Shown piece by piece: positions 1 to 11,115 of a stretch of DNA of 64,000 nucleotides. The notes beneath the pieces are model-generated. The model saw nothing but the letters and a program-made list of their open reading frames with translations, was not told the DNA's origin and searched no databases. Origin of the DNA: a virus (taxonomy: Duplodnaviria > Caudoviricetes); IMG/VR virus record IMGVR_UViG_3300046787_000604, positions 1,752 to 65,751 of that record; one strand, given 5' to 3'. The position numbers and the translations under genes were made by a program. Every line of letters begins with the position of its first letter. Position 1 is the first letter of the stretch.

Positions 1-2998
1 CACCCTGTATAAATTGAAAGGTTGCCAATACATTTTCAGCATTTAATGTTTTCCAAAAACTAGGACCGGTTGTCCCTGTAGAACCCGGAACGGAATACTG
101 TGATTGTCCATTAACAATTGTTTTAGTAATAGTAATCGCAGTTAATACTTGATAATATTCAATATCAGATGGATAAATATAGTTTTGACAAGCAATACCG
201 TAAGTTACCGCAGAATATTCCGCAGTCCCTCCGGTATTTGTTAAATCAATACAATCAAGATTTGTGATACCCGTGGTTAACGGAAATTCAGGACTAATAA
301 TTCCTAAAGGATTACTAATTGTCGGTGTTTGGCCTGTAAATGATATAGTTACTTTTGAACCCGGACAAGTTCGATACGTTACGGTTCCCGGTTCGGTTAT
401 ATCAATAACTACACTTCTCACACACTCAGAAGGATATGCGGGTATATCATATAGAGTAGACCCTGAAGTAGTTTGGGTAAGAGCGTAACGAACATCTGCA
501 GTAAATGATGTTGACTTAAGAACACCATTAATACCATTAACTTTATAACCCCCTGATACAGTGGTCGCTGAATATAAATAATTTTTATCTTTAGTTTTCT
601 TTGGGTCAACGAACGTTAATAACGTACCCGGCTCCAAATCAAGACTAGATAACACAGTTAATGTATTATCAAAGTGACTCTTAGTACCATTTGTGGGCAA
701 TGAAAAAGTAACTTTAATTTTATTTACATTATCAAAGTATTTTTTTCGAGTATTATAAATATTAACTCTTTCCCCCGGAGGAAGTGTAAATCCGTCAGCA
801 AGTGAGTTACTTTGATTTGGATATGTATAAACATTTGACGTATTAATTTTAAATTTTGTTGGACTTTTTGGTCTACCTAAATTACCTGCAACTGCTTGAG
901 CCTGCATAGCAGCCTCCATTTCAAAATATGTATCATAGTCCGGATTATCCTGACCAATTCCAGGCCACACACGATTCGGTATTGATGTATCAGAAATTTG
1001 ATTATTTTCATAATATAAACCGGAATTAGATAACTGAGATAATACTCCAGGTGCTGGTGATGATTCATCGGTCTCATCATCTCCACCCGGTTGAGTACTT
1101 TCAGGTACACACTCACAAGACTGACAATCAGGATAAGTAATCATCGGTAATTTAATTCTTCCAAATTTATAACTAACAATTTTATCAAACTTAAGAAGTA
1201 AGAATATCCCTCCCGCAGTATACAATAAAGCCTGTGCCAAAAATCCTGCAATCATACCCGCCGTCGCACCAAAAGCTGCGGTACCGGCAATTGCCCCTCC
1301 AAATAACGACCAATAATTAACGGCATTTATACTAAAATTTAATATGAAATAAGCAATAATTAAAACCGCAAAATTATTCCATATAAACGCTAAAAAATGA
1401 TAAATTATTAAAACCGGTAAACCAATTAATTGAATAACCTGTAAAAGTATTGAGAAAATAAAAAAGAATAAATCAAAATTCCTAAATCCTTCATTTACCG
1501 GAAACTTATTAATTGTGGACGCACACTCATTATTATCAATTTCCTTAATACCTATAAACCTACCTTTAGCCCCATTTTTAAATTCATCAATAAAACCTGA
1601 AACCGTATAAACTTTGTTAAACTCAAACTGATAAAAAGTGTCTTCACAATTTATTTTTTGATTTAATATATTGTTTTTTAATTCAATACTGTTAGCAGTT
1701 ACCCCATAAAAACCTTCGGTATATCCTGACCAATCAAGACCAAAATAATAGGAACTTTTTTGTCTCATTTTATTTTGAGCACTGGCATTTGGATTAGTAG
1801 GGTCACTGTTATTCGTAGACCACCCATATTCTTTAACATTAGGGACTAAGAAATACGCACGTCTTGTTTGTTCCGATAAACTAGGAGATTGTGACCACTT
1901 AACTTTAAATCTATATTTCCCTTTAGTTGGAATACCTACCGAGGGGTCATTTGAAATTACTTTTTCACCAAATTCATTAGTTATAAAATAATCTAGATTC
2001 ATTGGTAATTCCGTTAACCAAACTCCGTTACCATCAATAATGTTACCCGACTTCTCCAATTGGAATCTCTCAAGTATTGGGTTACCGTCCGCATCATAAT
2101 TAATCGTTTGTCGTATTGCCAAAATAGACCCAGGACCCGCAGCTAATTCACATAAGTTACCCATGTCATCTTTTGGTTTAGCATTTCTCCTAAGTCTTTG
2201 AGAATCCGCAGTTGAATAAATAGACCCCATGAATACTGAGGTTGGTTGTATGTCAATATTGGCGTCATCTCTAAGGTCAAAGTCAACACGATTAACAGCA
2301 ATTTGGCAAATGTCAGGGTCACCCCACAATGGAGCAACAGATAAAGTTCTTGTTAAACTAACAATTTGAGGTAATGACGATAAATCATTTGAGGTTTTAA
2401 ATCGGTTACCAGCAACTTGACCTTCCGTTGCCAACCCCATTCTAATTAAGTCTTGAGGTGTTAAAGAAAACTCACCAATATCCGATAAGTCAACATCCAT
2501 TACTAAAGTTTGTGACCCTAATGGTACACCCATTATCATATAGTCACCACTTTCGTTTGTTTTGGTTGTATATTTGTAGTATTTGTCGTAAATCTCAACA
2601 ACAACATCATCAATTAAAGCGTCATCTCTCGTAGGTAAAGTACCTGTAGCAGCGTGTGCCGAGTATGACTTTTCATAAGGTAAAAGATTATACCTAAACC
2701 CATCTTCATTTTTATCAGTCGGAGACTTGTAAGGGTAGATGCTAGATATTAATGGATTAGATTCATCGACGGATGAGATTGGGATAAATACTGATACTCG
2801 AGCGTTCGGAATACCAAATCCGTTATTTGCGGTAACTCTTCCAACAACAACACCATATTCTGAACAGCTTCTACTATAAACGTCAGTTTGTTGTATTTTT
2901 AACGATAAGATTTCTAAGAACTCAAAATCTTGGTCTAACTGAACATTAATTGTTTTGTTAATACCTAATTCGGTTCTAATTCTATATGACTGACCCAT
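1..2998 (-). CDS. Large putative virion/baseplate-associated protein, runs off the left edge; contains an internal hydrophobic segment
   Basis: Not in the ORF track because no stop lies in the window. Manual translation from ATG 2998 gives MGQSYRIRTELGINKTINVQLDQDFEFLEILSLKIQQTDVYSRSCSEYGVVVGRVTANNGFGIPNARVSVFIP. The same frame was checked open at ~1200-1500 and ~260-490. It follows the baseplate wedge gene and has a TATTTATA motif upstream. Confidence 0.8.
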   Translation of the reverse strand, partial: MGQSYRIRTELGINKTINVQLDQDFEFLEILSLKIQQTDVYSRSCSEYGVVVGRVTANNGFGIPNARVSVFIPISSVDESNPLISSIYPYKSPTDKNEDGFRYNLLPYEKSYSAHAATGTLPTRDDALIDDVVVEIYDKYYKYTTKTNESGDYMIMGVPLGSQTLVMDVDLSDIGEFSLTPQDLIRMGLATEGQVAGNRFKTSNDLSSLPQIVSLTRTLSVAPLWGDPDICQIAVNRVDFDLRDDANIDIQPTSVFMGSIYSTADSQRLRRNAKPKDDMGNLCELAAGPGSILAIRQTINYDADGNPILERFQLEKSGNIIDGNGVWLTELPMNLDYFITNEFGEKVISNDPSVGIPTKGKYRFKVKWSQSPSLSEQTRRAYFLVPNVKEYGWSTNNSDPTNPNASAQNKMRQKSSYYFGLDWSGYTEGFYGVTANSIELKNNILNQKINCEDTFYQFEFNKVYTVSGFIDEFKNGAKGRFIGIKEIDNNECASTINKFPVNEGFRNFDLFFFIFSILLQVIQLIGLPVLIIYHFLAFIWNNFAVLIIAYFILNFSINAVNYWSLFGGAIAGTAAFGATAGMIAGFLAQALLYTAGGIFLLLKFDKIVSYKFGRIKLPMITYPDCQSCECVPESTQPGGDDETDESSPAPGVLSQLSNSGLYYENNQISDTSIPNRVWPGIGQDNPDYDTYFEMEAAMQAQAVAGNLGRPKSPTKFKINTSNVYTYPNQSNSLADGFTLPPGERVNIYNTRKKYFDNVNKIKVTFSLPTNGTKSHFDNTLTVLSSLDLEPGTLLTFVDPKKTKDKNYLYSATTVSGGYKVNGINGVLKSTSFTADVRYALTQTTSGSTLYDIPAYPSECVRSVVIDITEPGTVTYRTCPGSKVTISFTGQTPTISNPLGIISPEFPLTTGITNLDCIDLTNTGGTAEYSAVTYGIACQNYIYPSDIEYYQVLTAITITKTIVNGQSQYSVPGSTGTTGPSFWKTLNAENVLATFQFIQG

Positions 2999-3093
2999 TC
3001 AATTCTTTTAATTTATAAATAGTTTATGTGTGATTTTTCAAGTTAACACACACCATATTTAATTATAAACTAGTTAAGCCAGAAATAAACCTG

Positions 3094-4932
3094 TTAAGAG
3101 AAGGTAACTGATTGGAAATTTTTAACCGATACTCTAATATCTTTGTTAGGATATCTAACTTGATATACTTGGGATGGTTGCGCGAAGATTGTATCATCAA
3201 CTGTTGCAATTTCTTTAGTCTCAGCATTTGAATACTCCATAGATGTTTCGGCCGATGAATATTGACCTCCAACATTATTATAAACATTCAAACCTGCAAC
3301 GGTCAACACACCATTTTGATTTTGAACAATACTTTTTAATTCAGATAAATAAACATTTTGACCTAACTCTCGTGTTTGTGGATTAAAGTAAGTTGAAATT
3401 CTATCAACTACATCCGCAATAACTTGTCCTGAATTCTGAGCCGAATCTAAAACAATTTGAACATCAATACTTAAATCAATAACCTCAGCAGTAAGAATTG
3501 AAATGTAATCATTCATCATTCGATAGTTTGATAAATAATTTGCAACGTTCTGTCTTAAAGTATCCGATACAATACTTGTTAATTTTCCTGAAGTGTCATA
3601 AGACAATAATTGAATTAATATCTTATTATTATTTTCCGTAATCGAAACTTTAGCCGGAGCACCAAACTCCGCAGGCATATTTCTAATAATTGACTCATAG
3701 TCTTGAACCGTAACAGCTCTTTTTTGAGCAGAGAAATTAAACGACACATAATTCCTAATTTCCTCTAATGAAGGTACACCCGCACCACCAATAGCCGCAG
3801 TCACGTTATTACATCTTAATGAATTAACAACAGATGAATTTGTTGTTTCTGACGGTCCATTCACAAAGAAGTTTACCGTACCAATCTGATTAATAACATT
3901 TGTACCTAAATTTGTTGCTAATCCACCACCAACTCTATATTGAATGAATAATGTTGAGTTAGGTGTTAATGCAGACCCTAATGAGAAATTGTTTGAGTAT
4001 CTTTGTAAATCAATTGTAGCACCAACTGTAGTAAATTGGTCTAAAGCATCTTGGGCAGTATTAGTACCACCACCAAATGTCATTTTCTTAAATCCTTCCG
4101 GAGTATATTCCGTTATAAATCTATTGGAAGTTTGAATATATTTCCCAACTTTAATACCAGGTTGGTCCGAAACTTTCGTTGGGTCTTCGATGAATACTCG
4201 GTCTTCCGCAAGTGCATCCACCTCATACCATTTATTTTCTGCACCTAAAAACTCAGCCGTGGACGGAACATTAGTGTACTCAGTACCACTTTTTAATAAA
4301 ACACTGGTAATTCCTAACACATTTTTCTCAGGTAAAAATAATTCAAAGAATGGTTTAACATCATTTGGTGTTATCACTCTTTTGAACACCTTAGTAATAC
4401 CATTAACAACCAACTCTCGTTTTGTAATGGTGTAGTTAATAAGAACATTATTAGAGTTAAAGTTTGGTATTTTTAAACGGTTTGGGAATCCTTGGGCATT
4501 ATAAGGTGACGTAAAATCAACATCATATATGTTTTCAAATACAATACCAGCCCCAACAACTTGAGAACCTCTAGTTAAAGTCCCTAAATATCTCTCATCC
4601 TCTTTATCTCCAAAAGCAGGAACCGTTATTGAAAAATCAACTAAAGACACTGATGGTCTTTGTCCCGGTAATTTTAAACCATAAGTTCGAGCTATGTTAT
4701 AAATAGAAGACCTTTGTTGTGCGTATTGTAAAACTGTCTCTTGAATACTTCTATCAATATGGTAGTGTAAGTTATCCGCAACCGCAGCATTCAAGTCTAA
4801 GAACACAGAGAACACAGAAGCGTCGTTGAAGTCCTGTATTAATTCAGGGTAGTAAGTTCTTACATAGTTTAATAATTCAGTTCTTATCCCTTGATAATCT
4901 CTTGTAGTATACGATATATTACGATTTGCCAT
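3094..4932 (-). CDS. Baseplate wedge protein (T4 gp6 / baseplate J-like)
   Basis: N-terminal YTTRDYQGIRTELLNY, YRVGGG, and GG...SLEEIR...AQKRAVTVQDYE motifs typical of gp6/J; adjacent to a gp25-like gene. Confidence 0.9.
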   Translation of the reverse strand: MANRNISYTTRDYQGIRTELLNYVRTYYPELIQDFNDASVFSVFLDLNAAVADNLHYHIDRSIQETVLQYAQQRSSIYNIARTYGLKLPGQRPSVSLVDFSITVPAFGDKEDERYLGTLTRGSQVVGAGIVFENIYDVDFTSPYNAQGFPNRLKIPNFNSNNVLINYTITKRELVVNGITKVFKRVITPNDVKPFFELFLPEKNVLGITSVLLKSGTEYTNVPSTAEFLGAENKWYEVDALAEDRVFIEDPTKVSDQPGIKVGKYIQTSNRFITEYTPEGFKKMTFGGGTNTAQDALDQFTTVGATIDLQRYSNNFSLGSALTPNSTLFIQYRVGGGLATNLGTNVINQIGTVNFFVNGPSETTNSSVVNSLRCNNVTAAIGGAGVPSLEEIRNYVSFNFSAQKRAVTVQDYESIIRNMPAEFGAPAKVSITENNNKILIQLLSYDTSGKLTSIVSDTLRQNVANYLSNYRMMNDYISILTAEVIDLSIDVQIVLDSAQNSGQVIADVVDRISTYFNPQTRELGQNVYLSELKSIVQNQNGVLTVAGLNVYNNVGGQYSSAETSMEYSNAETKEIATVDDTIFAQPSQVYQVRYPNKDIRVSVKNFQSVTFS

Positions 4933-4938
4933 ACAATA

Positions 4939-5409
4939 TTAAATATTAATGATAACGAAATCACTCGGACCAAAAGTCGTATTATTGGTTGAGTAATCTA
5001 TTTTTATTTTTGCTGTGTATTCTGATGTTCCTTTTCCCGGAAACCTATAAATTGACGACTCACTACTCCCCACCGTTGCAGTACCCATTGCTAAATCAAC
5101 TTCCTCCATTGGGTCAGCAGGTGTAATGGATATTTGATTTAATAGTAAATTAGGCATAAACGTACCGACAGCCTCTCTAATATCAGACTCAATCGCATCA
5201 AAAGTTAAACCATCAAATGGTTCAAATAAGAACTCATAAAGTCTTGTACCAAATGTTGGTAAGTAATACCTTGACCCTTTTCGAGTTAGAAGTAAATGAA
5301 TTAAATCTGCTTTGATTTCCTGTGACTCATACTCAGTAAGTTGTAGATAGTCACCCTTTACTGAATCTCTAAAAGGAAAATTAATACCATATGTTGTTCC
5401 GTCTGCCAT
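4939..5409 (-). CDS. Baseplate wedge / sheath initiator (T4 gp25-like)
   Basis: GINFPF...IKADLIHLLLTRKGSRYYLPTFGTRLYEFLFEP is the gp25/GPW signature. Confidence 0.9.
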   Translation of the reverse strand: MADGTTYGINFPFRDSVKGDYLQLTEYESQEIKADLIHLLLTRKGSRYYLPTFGTRLYEFLFEPFDGLTFDAIESDIREAVGTFMPNLLLNQISITPADPMEEVDLAMGTATVGSSESSIYRFPGKGTSEYTAKIKIDYSTNNTTFGPSDFVIINI

Positions 5410-5450
5410 ATCTATAATTATAGTCTTATGATTATTTCTTATAAATACCT

Positions 5451-5481
5451 AAAAATAAAAAATCCCGACATTGCCGGGATT
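5451..5481 (-). terminator. Rho-independent terminator after nrdA
   Basis: Minus strand AATCCCGGC-AAT-GTCGGGATT followed by TTTTATTTTT. Confidence 0.8.
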
Positions 5482-5502
5482 AATATAATTATTCGTATTT
5501 TA

Positions 5503-7929
5503 TTATGAACCACATCCAAAACATTCAAATTCTGAATCTGTTGGTTTTGTTGTAGGGTCAACAAGATTTACTTTTGGTTTCTCTTGTTTAACCGTTGGTT
5601 GATTTACTTTCGAAATGTCCACAGCTAAGTGTTTAGCCCCTGTTGATATCGCCTTAGTTCTAACATAATAACAAAGAGTTTTCAACCCTTTACCCCATGA
5701 ATGGAAGTGTGATGATGAAATTTTTGATAATGTTGGTTCTGACATATAGATATTCATCGATTGTGATTGGTCAATAAATGGAGCTCTGTCGGCTGCCATA
5801 TCAATTAATTCTCTTTGAGAAATTTCCCAAATTGTTTTATATTTTGGAATTAAATGTTCAATTCGTTTAACTTTCTTGTTGTAGTTTTTATCTTCAACAT
5901 CAAGGTATTGATTGAAATTAATGTTTTGAATAGACCCTTCATTCATAATGATTTCATTTTTCAAATCTTCACTCCAAACACCTAATTTTTCAAAATCATT
6001 AATTAAGTACTTGTTCACGATAAGAATTTCACCTCCAACAACACGTCTGTTAAATAACGCCGAGTGAGCTGGTTCAGTCATTTCAAATGAACCTGTAATC
6101 TTAGCCGAAGATGCCACCGGCATTTGAGCAGTGAATAATGAGTTACAAACACCATACTCAGCGACTTTATCTTTCAATCCAATCCAATCCCAACGACCTG
6201 ATAAATTATCTTCATTCATTCCCCACATATCAAATTGGAAAACTCCTTGAGACATTGGTGACCCTTTGAAAAATTTATATGGTTGATATAAACCTTGTTG
6301 ACATAAGTATGAACTCTCTGTAATCGCAGCAAAATAGATAGTTTCAAAAATATCTTTATTCAATTTTTTCGCCTCTTCTGATGTGAAAATAAAGTCCATC
6401 AAATAGAAAACATCTGCAAGTCCTTGAGTTCCAATAGCAATAGCTCTTTGTTCAAGACCTCCTTTTCTACCTTGTTCAGTAGAATAACTATTAATATCAA
6501 CAACCTTATTAAGAGCTCTTACCACTTTTCTAACTTCATTATAAAGTAAATTAAAATCAAACTCACCTTTAAGAATAAAGTTTTTCAATACCATAGAAGA
6601 TAATGTACATATCGCAGTCGTATCCTCATCTGTGTATTGGTAAATTTCATTACATAAGTTAGATTGTTTAATCACACCTATATTTTGGTGATTAGTTTTT
6701 CTATTAGCACTATCTTTAGAACATAAATAAGGAACCCCTGTTTCAACCTGTGACTCGATAATTTTATTCCAAATAGTTTGAGCTTTCACTTTCTTACCAA
6801 GACCCAACTCAACAGCTTTATTATAAGTTTCCTCATACTCATCACCATAAGTTTCTTGTAATGGTTTAAGACCCGCCTTTAAAATATCGTTAGGACAAAA
6901 CAAATACCAATCTGAATTGTCTTTAACCGCATTCATGAAATTATCCGGTAACCAAATTGAAGTGAATAAATCCCTTGCTCTCAACTCTTCAGCACCTGTA
7001 TTCTTTTTCAAGTCCAATAAATCAAAGATGTCTTTGTGCCATGGTTCGATGTAAATAGCTGCACTACCTGGTCTTCTTCCTTGTTGATTAAAGAATCTCA
7101 ACCCTTCATTAACAATCTTTAGGTATTTCAATAATCCACCTGCAAACCCACCTGATGAGTTAATACGACTCTCTTTACTACGAACGTTAGACATACATAA
7201 TCCAATACCCGCAGCATCAGATGAATATGTCGAAATGTCGTTGAATGTTTGTAATAACCCTTCTCTTGAATCCCCGTGATTGTATTTCAACACACAAGAC
7301 GCTAATTGAGGTGTTTTAGTTCCCGCATTAATCATAATTGGTGTTGCCGGTGAAATAAGTTGGTTTGATAATGAATTATAGTATTCTACCGCCTCTTCAA
7401 ATGATTTTGTCACCCAAAGAGCAACTCTCATATACATATGCTGAGGTCTTTCAACCACTTTACCTTCCGGAGTTTTCAATAAATACATTTCTTGTAATGA
7501 ACGCCAAGCAAAATAATCAAAATTGTAATCATTTTCGTGATTAATTACAGAATCAATATTTTCCTCACCATATTCTTTAATTGTTGCAATCAAATCAGTG
7601 TGAATAACACCTAATTCGTACAAATTTAAAATAGTATTAGAAAAACTTGCATCAGTTTCTTTATGGTAAGATGAGATAGCAACTGAAGATGCTAATCTTG
7701 AGTAGTCATGATGACTACCAGTGTAAGACGCTGCAATTTCATAAACCAATTTATCTAATTCTTTTGTAGTGATAAACCCTTCGGTCGGAACTGAAGTTAT
7801 TACCTTAATAAAAATTTCATCCGAGTTTACATTTAACCCTTTAGCCGCACGTTTAACTCTATTGTAAATTTTTTGAGGGTTGAATGAAACTTCATCTCCC
7901 CCTCTTTTTTTAATCTTTAATGACATCAT
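5503..7929 (-). CDS. nrdA: Ribonucleotide reductase class Ia alpha subunit with N-terminal ATP cone
   Basis: ATP cone (IKKRGG...FNPQKI), SPATP, LASC, SNLCNEI, AQMPVASS, and C-terminal CFGCGS redox pair. Confidence 0.97.
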   Translation of the reverse strand: MMSLKIKKRGGDEVSFNPQKIYNRVKRAAKGLNVNSDEIFIKVITSVPTEGFITTKELDKLVYEIAASYTGSHHDYSRLASSVAISSYHKETDASFSNTILNLYELGVIHTDLIATIKEYGEENIDSVINHENDYNFDYFAWRSLQEMYLLKTPEGKVVERPQHMYMRVALWVTKSFEEAVEYYNSLSNQLISPATPIMINAGTKTPQLASCVLKYNHGDSREGLLQTFNDISTYSSDAAGIGLCMSNVRSKESRINSSGGFAGGLLKYLKIVNEGLRFFNQQGRRPGSAAIYIEPWHKDIFDLLDLKKNTGAEELRARDLFTSIWLPDNFMNAVKDNSDWYLFCPNDILKAGLKPLQETYGDEYEETYNKAVELGLGKKVKAQTIWNKIIESQVETGVPYLCSKDSANRKTNHQNIGVIKQSNLCNEIYQYTDEDTTAICTLSSMVLKNFILKGEFDFNLLYNEVRKVVRALNKVVDINSYSTEQGRKGGLEQRAIAIGTQGLADVFYLMDFIFTSEEAKKLNKDIFETIYFAAITESSYLCQQGLYQPYKFFKGSPMSQGVFQFDMWGMNEDNLSGRWDWIGLKDKVAEYGVCNSLFTAQMPVASSAKITGSFEMTEPAHSALFNRRVVGGEILIVNKYLINDFEKLGVWSEDLKNEIIMNEGSIQNINFNQYLDVEDKNYNKKVKRIEHLIPKYKTIWEISQRELIDMAADRAPFIDQSQSMNIYMSEPTLSKISSSHFHSWGKGLKTLCYYVRTKAISTGAKHLAVDISKVNQPTVKQEKPKVNLVDPTTKPTDSEFECFGCGS

Positions 7930-7939
7930 ATGTTTTTAA

Positions 7940-8890
7940 TTAGAAATCTTCCGTGAATGTTAATGACTCACCTAATTTAGCCTTTTGGTATTCCATAGTT
8001 CTTGATTCAAAGAAGTTACCCTTTGTCTCAACAGCAATTTGTTCCATAAATTTAAATGGTTGGTCAACATTAAATTGTTTTTTACATCCAAACTTAACCA
8101 ATAACCCATCAGTTACAAATTCCAAATATTGTTTCATCAAATTAGAATTCATACCGATTAAAGATACAGGTAAAGATTCTGTAATAAACTCTTTTTCAAT
8201 CTCTAATGCAGATAATAGAATTTCTCTAATTCTTTTTTCACTTGGTTTATTCTCTAAGTGGTTGTTAACTAAGTGGATTGCAAAATCACAATGTAAGTTT
8301 TCATCTTTAAAGATTAAAGAATTTGCATTACATAAACCTTGCATAATACCTCTTGATTTTAACCAAAAGATTGAACAGAAAGACCCTGAGAAGAAAATCC
8401 CCTCAACCGCAGCAAAAGCGACTAATCTTTCTTGGAAAGATGAATTCTCAATCCAATCAAGAGCCCATTTAGCCTTCTTTTGAACCGCTGGTAATCTATC
8501 AATAGCGTGGAAACATTCATCTTTTTCCACTTCATCAGAAACATACGTGTCAATCAATAATGAATACATTAATGAATGAATATTTTCCATCATAACTTGG
8601 AATCCGTAGAAGAATTTCGCCTCAGCATATTGAACTTCTTTTAAGAAATTCTCAGCCAAGTTTTCATTTACAATACCATCAGACGCTGCAAAAAACGCTA
8701 ATATGTTTTTAAGGAAATACTTCTCATTATCTGATAAATTTTCCCAATCTCTAATATCGTTTGATAAATCAACTTCTTCAGCAGTCCAAAACGCTGCTTG
8801 GTGTTGTTTATAAAATTCCCATATATCATTATGTTCAATAGGGAAAATGACAAATCTGTCATTATTTGGTTCTAATATTTTTTCGTTCAT
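7940..8890 (-). CDS. nrdB: Ribonucleotide reductase class Ia beta subunit
   Basis: [41 protein letters not shown] and DENLH di-iron motifs. Confidence 0.97.
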   Translation of the reverse strand: MNEKILEPNNDRFVIFPIEHNDIWEFYKQHQAAFWTAEEVDLSNDIRDWENLSDNEKYFLKNILAFFAASDGIVNENLAENFLKEVQYAEAKFFYGFQVMMENIHSLMYSLLIDTYVSDEVEKDECFHAIDRLPAVQKKAKWALDWIENSSFQERLVAFAAVEGIFFSGSFCSIFWLKSRGIMQGLCNANSLIFKDENLHCDFAIHLVNNHLENKPSEKRIREILLSALEIEKEFITESLPVSLIGMNSNLMKQYLEFVTDGLLVKFGCKKQFNVDQPFKFMEQIAVETKGNFFESRTMEYQKAKLGESLTFTEDF

Positions 8891-8898
8891 GTTTTTAA

Positions 8899-10284
8899 TT
8901 AAATTTGTTGTTGACCTTGTTGTTCTCTTTGTTTTCTTTTCTCTAATAGTTCTTTAACTCTATCTCTTTTTCTATCTTCTTGTTGTTCTTCGAACCCTAA
9001 GAATGTTACTGAGCTTTCTGTGTCGATTTCAAGTAATTCATTATTGAATTTACAATTCTCAAACACAACTCCATCTTGACCTAAACGACTTTTAGTAATC
9101 GCAATGGTTGCAAGACCCATTTCTTTTTGTTGTAGTGTTTTTGCCACGGAAATAATTACGTGACCTACTTGAGCCTTTTTAATTGACCCACCCATTTGGT
9201 CTGTAGTTACAACCTCAGCTGAGATTGAAGACCTATTACCTTGTGTTGCTGTCCAACCAACTAAATCAAGTTCGTGACACATAGCCTCAAAACCTCTCAT
9301 TACAGACCCTTCGGCTTTCCACTCATCTTTACTACTTGATTCCGGTAATACACAATCAATATAATCCAATAAAACCATATCAATCTTAATACCATCCGCA
9401 ATCATTTTTCTAACCTGATTTTTAATTTGACTCATAGTCATCGTATCTGACGCTAATTTTTTCAAAACCAATCTGTTTTGCATTGTTTCCTTAATCTCAG
9501 TAATTTTACCCATCACCTCTTCTTTGTTAAGAACTAAGTTATCCGGTTCAATTCCTGTCCACATCGTAAAGTGTTTTCTTTGAATAATCTTTGGGTTATC
9601 CTCAAAAAATATTTGAAGAACGTTGTACCCAAGATTAAATGCTGAATTGGCTATCTTAGATAAAATAGTTGTCTTACCAACCCCTGTTGGCGCCAATATA
9701 ACACCAATCTCACCTTTAGCCAACCCACCTTTAAGTAGTTTGTCAATACCTTTAATCCCCATTGGAATTGGATGACGATAATCTTCATCAAGTACCGTAT
9801 CCAAATTGGCAAAGATATCAGTTTGACCTTTATCTATTTCTCCAACCTGTAATGCGTCTCTCACAAGTCCTTCTACCTTATCATAAGATTCGAAATCCCC
9901 TTGAGTAATTATCTTTTGAGCTTTGTCCATAGCCTTTTGAAGTTCTTGTTGTTTACAGAACTTCAAGGCTTTCTCCTGAACGAAAGTGGTTCCTTCAAAT
10001 GGAGCCTCTTTAACTTGAGTTAATGTGTCCAAAACAATCTTGGCAACCATCTCTTGGGAGATTTCAGACTTAACTATCTGCTCAAGAGTATCGAAATTAG
10101 GTGTAGATTCATATTTCTTGTGATACTCTTTTGTCATTTGTAAAATGATTTTAAAGTACTTGTTGTCGAAATAGATTGGCTCAATAACATCCATAATTGA
10201 AGATGAAAAGTCCTTATCTAATATAATCTGATTCAGTAATTGTAATTGAAATGTGTTCCCTAAATAATCGAAATTTTTGTTCAT
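8899..10284 (-). CDS. dnaB: Replicative helicase, DnaB / T4 gp41-like
   Basis: Walker [10 protein letters not shown], Walker B LLDYID, TATQGNR motif and KSRLG arginine finger. Confidence 0.93.
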   Translation of the reverse strand: MNKNFDYLGNTFQLQLLNQIILDKDFSSSIMDVIEPIYFDNKYFKIILQMTKEYHKKYESTPNFDTLEQIVKSEISQEMVAKIVLDTLTQVKEAPFEGTTFVQEKALKFCKQQELQKAMDKAQKIITQGDFESYDKVEGLVRDALQVGEIDKGQTDIFANLDTVLDEDYRHPIPMGIKGIDKLLKGGLAKGEIGVILAPTGVGKTTILSKIANSAFNLGYNVLQIFFEDNPKIIQRKHFTMWTGIEPDNLVLNKEEVMGKITEIKETMQNRLVLKKLASDTMTMSQIKNQVRKMIADGIKIDMVLLDYIDCVLPESSSKDEWKAEGSVMRGFEAMCHELDLVGWTATQGNRSSISAEVVTTDQMGGSIKKAQVGHVIISVAKTLQQKEMGLATIAITKSRLGQDGVVFENCKFNNELLEIDTESSVTFLGFEEQQEDRKRDRVKELLEKRKQREQQGQQQI

Positions 10285-10321
10285 AAATTGTTTTAAAAGT
10301 TACCCTTGTATTATTAAATAC

Positions 10322-10774
10322 TTACTTACTCAAGTCAAGTTCCAAATAATTGTAACTTAATTTTTTATCTGAAAAAATGTCAGTTAACCCTCGAAGAGTT
10401 TCCTTCAAGAAAGGTCTTACATCGACAGTATAACGAACTTTTGGTGGATAAAATTTTCCGTCAAAAATTCTATGACAAATTGTCTGTTCACCTAATTTGA
10501 TGATAATGTTAAACACTTCCGGTCCATCAGTGAACGATGTGTCCATAATACTTGGGTCGTGAATGATAGAATCTTTATTATCCATCATATAGACCAAAGT
10601 CTTCATTTTCAAGTATTCTTGAAGTTCTTCTTTGAACTCACCTACGAATTCATATAGTTCAACAGAACTTTTTGCTTTTGGGTTAAACCCTCTTACGTTA
10701 AAGAATCTTTGGACTACGATGTTATCGTTTAATGTCAATAAAAATTCCATCTTAGTGCTTTCTTGCTCTCTCAT
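10322..10774 (-). CDS. Hypothetical protein in the replication block
   Basis: 150-aa ORF tightly packed and co-oriented between the Tad1-like gene and the helicase; no recognised motif. Confidence 0.7.
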   Translation of the reverse strand: MREQESTKMEFLLTLNDNIVVQRFFNVRGFNPKAKSSVELYEFVGEFKEELQEYLKMKTLVYMMDNKDSIIHDPSIMDTSFTDGPEVFNIIIKLGEQTICHRIFDGKFYPPKVRYTVDVRPFLKETLRGLTDIFSDKKLSYNYLELDLSK

Positions 10775-10798
10775 AAATTTAAGTTTGTTTGTGTTTAA

Positions 10799-11113
10799 TT
10801 ATACGATTTGTTTACCTTCAACATTTCTTTTTATTCTGTCTGAAGTTCTTTTATTTAACCATAAAAGCGCCTCATCTAATTTCGTAATTGCGATTGCGTT
10901 TTCACGACATGGGAATTTACTTTGTAAGTAATTCATACGGTCTAACAACATCTCAATTAATTCTTCGTTTGTTGTCCCGTCGGCAATTGTTTTTAATTCA
11001 GTTGAACCCTCATTTACCGGTTCTTTTTGAATGAACTGTAATGTTTGTCCTTGTTCATCTTTGTTTTCAAAATTTGACAACTCATACTTGTGTCCTTCTA
11101 CTAATACTTTCAT
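10799..11113 (-). CDS. tad1: Tad1-like anti-defence sponge protein (Thoeris/CBASS signal sequestration)
   Basis: GTTNEELIEMLLDRMNYLQSKFPCRENAIAITKLDEALLWLNKRTSDRIKRNVEG closely follows the Tad1 C-terminal consensus as recalled (NEDL...RL..FQ..F.CRENA.AITKLEEALLWL.KR...R..RGVEG). Confidence 0.85.
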   Translation of the reverse strand: MKVLVEGHKYELSNFENKDEQGQTLQFIQKEPVNEGSTELKTIADGTTNEELIEMLLDRMNYLQSKFPCRENAIAITKLDEALLWLNKRTSDRIKRNVEGKQIV

Positions 11114-11115
11114 TT

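Noticed and set aside
7953-8483. 176-aa plus-strand ORF and many other 60-140-aa antisense or off-frame ORFs in the track
   Set aside because: They lie wholly opposite or inside well-supported genes (here nrdB) and show no recognisable motifs.
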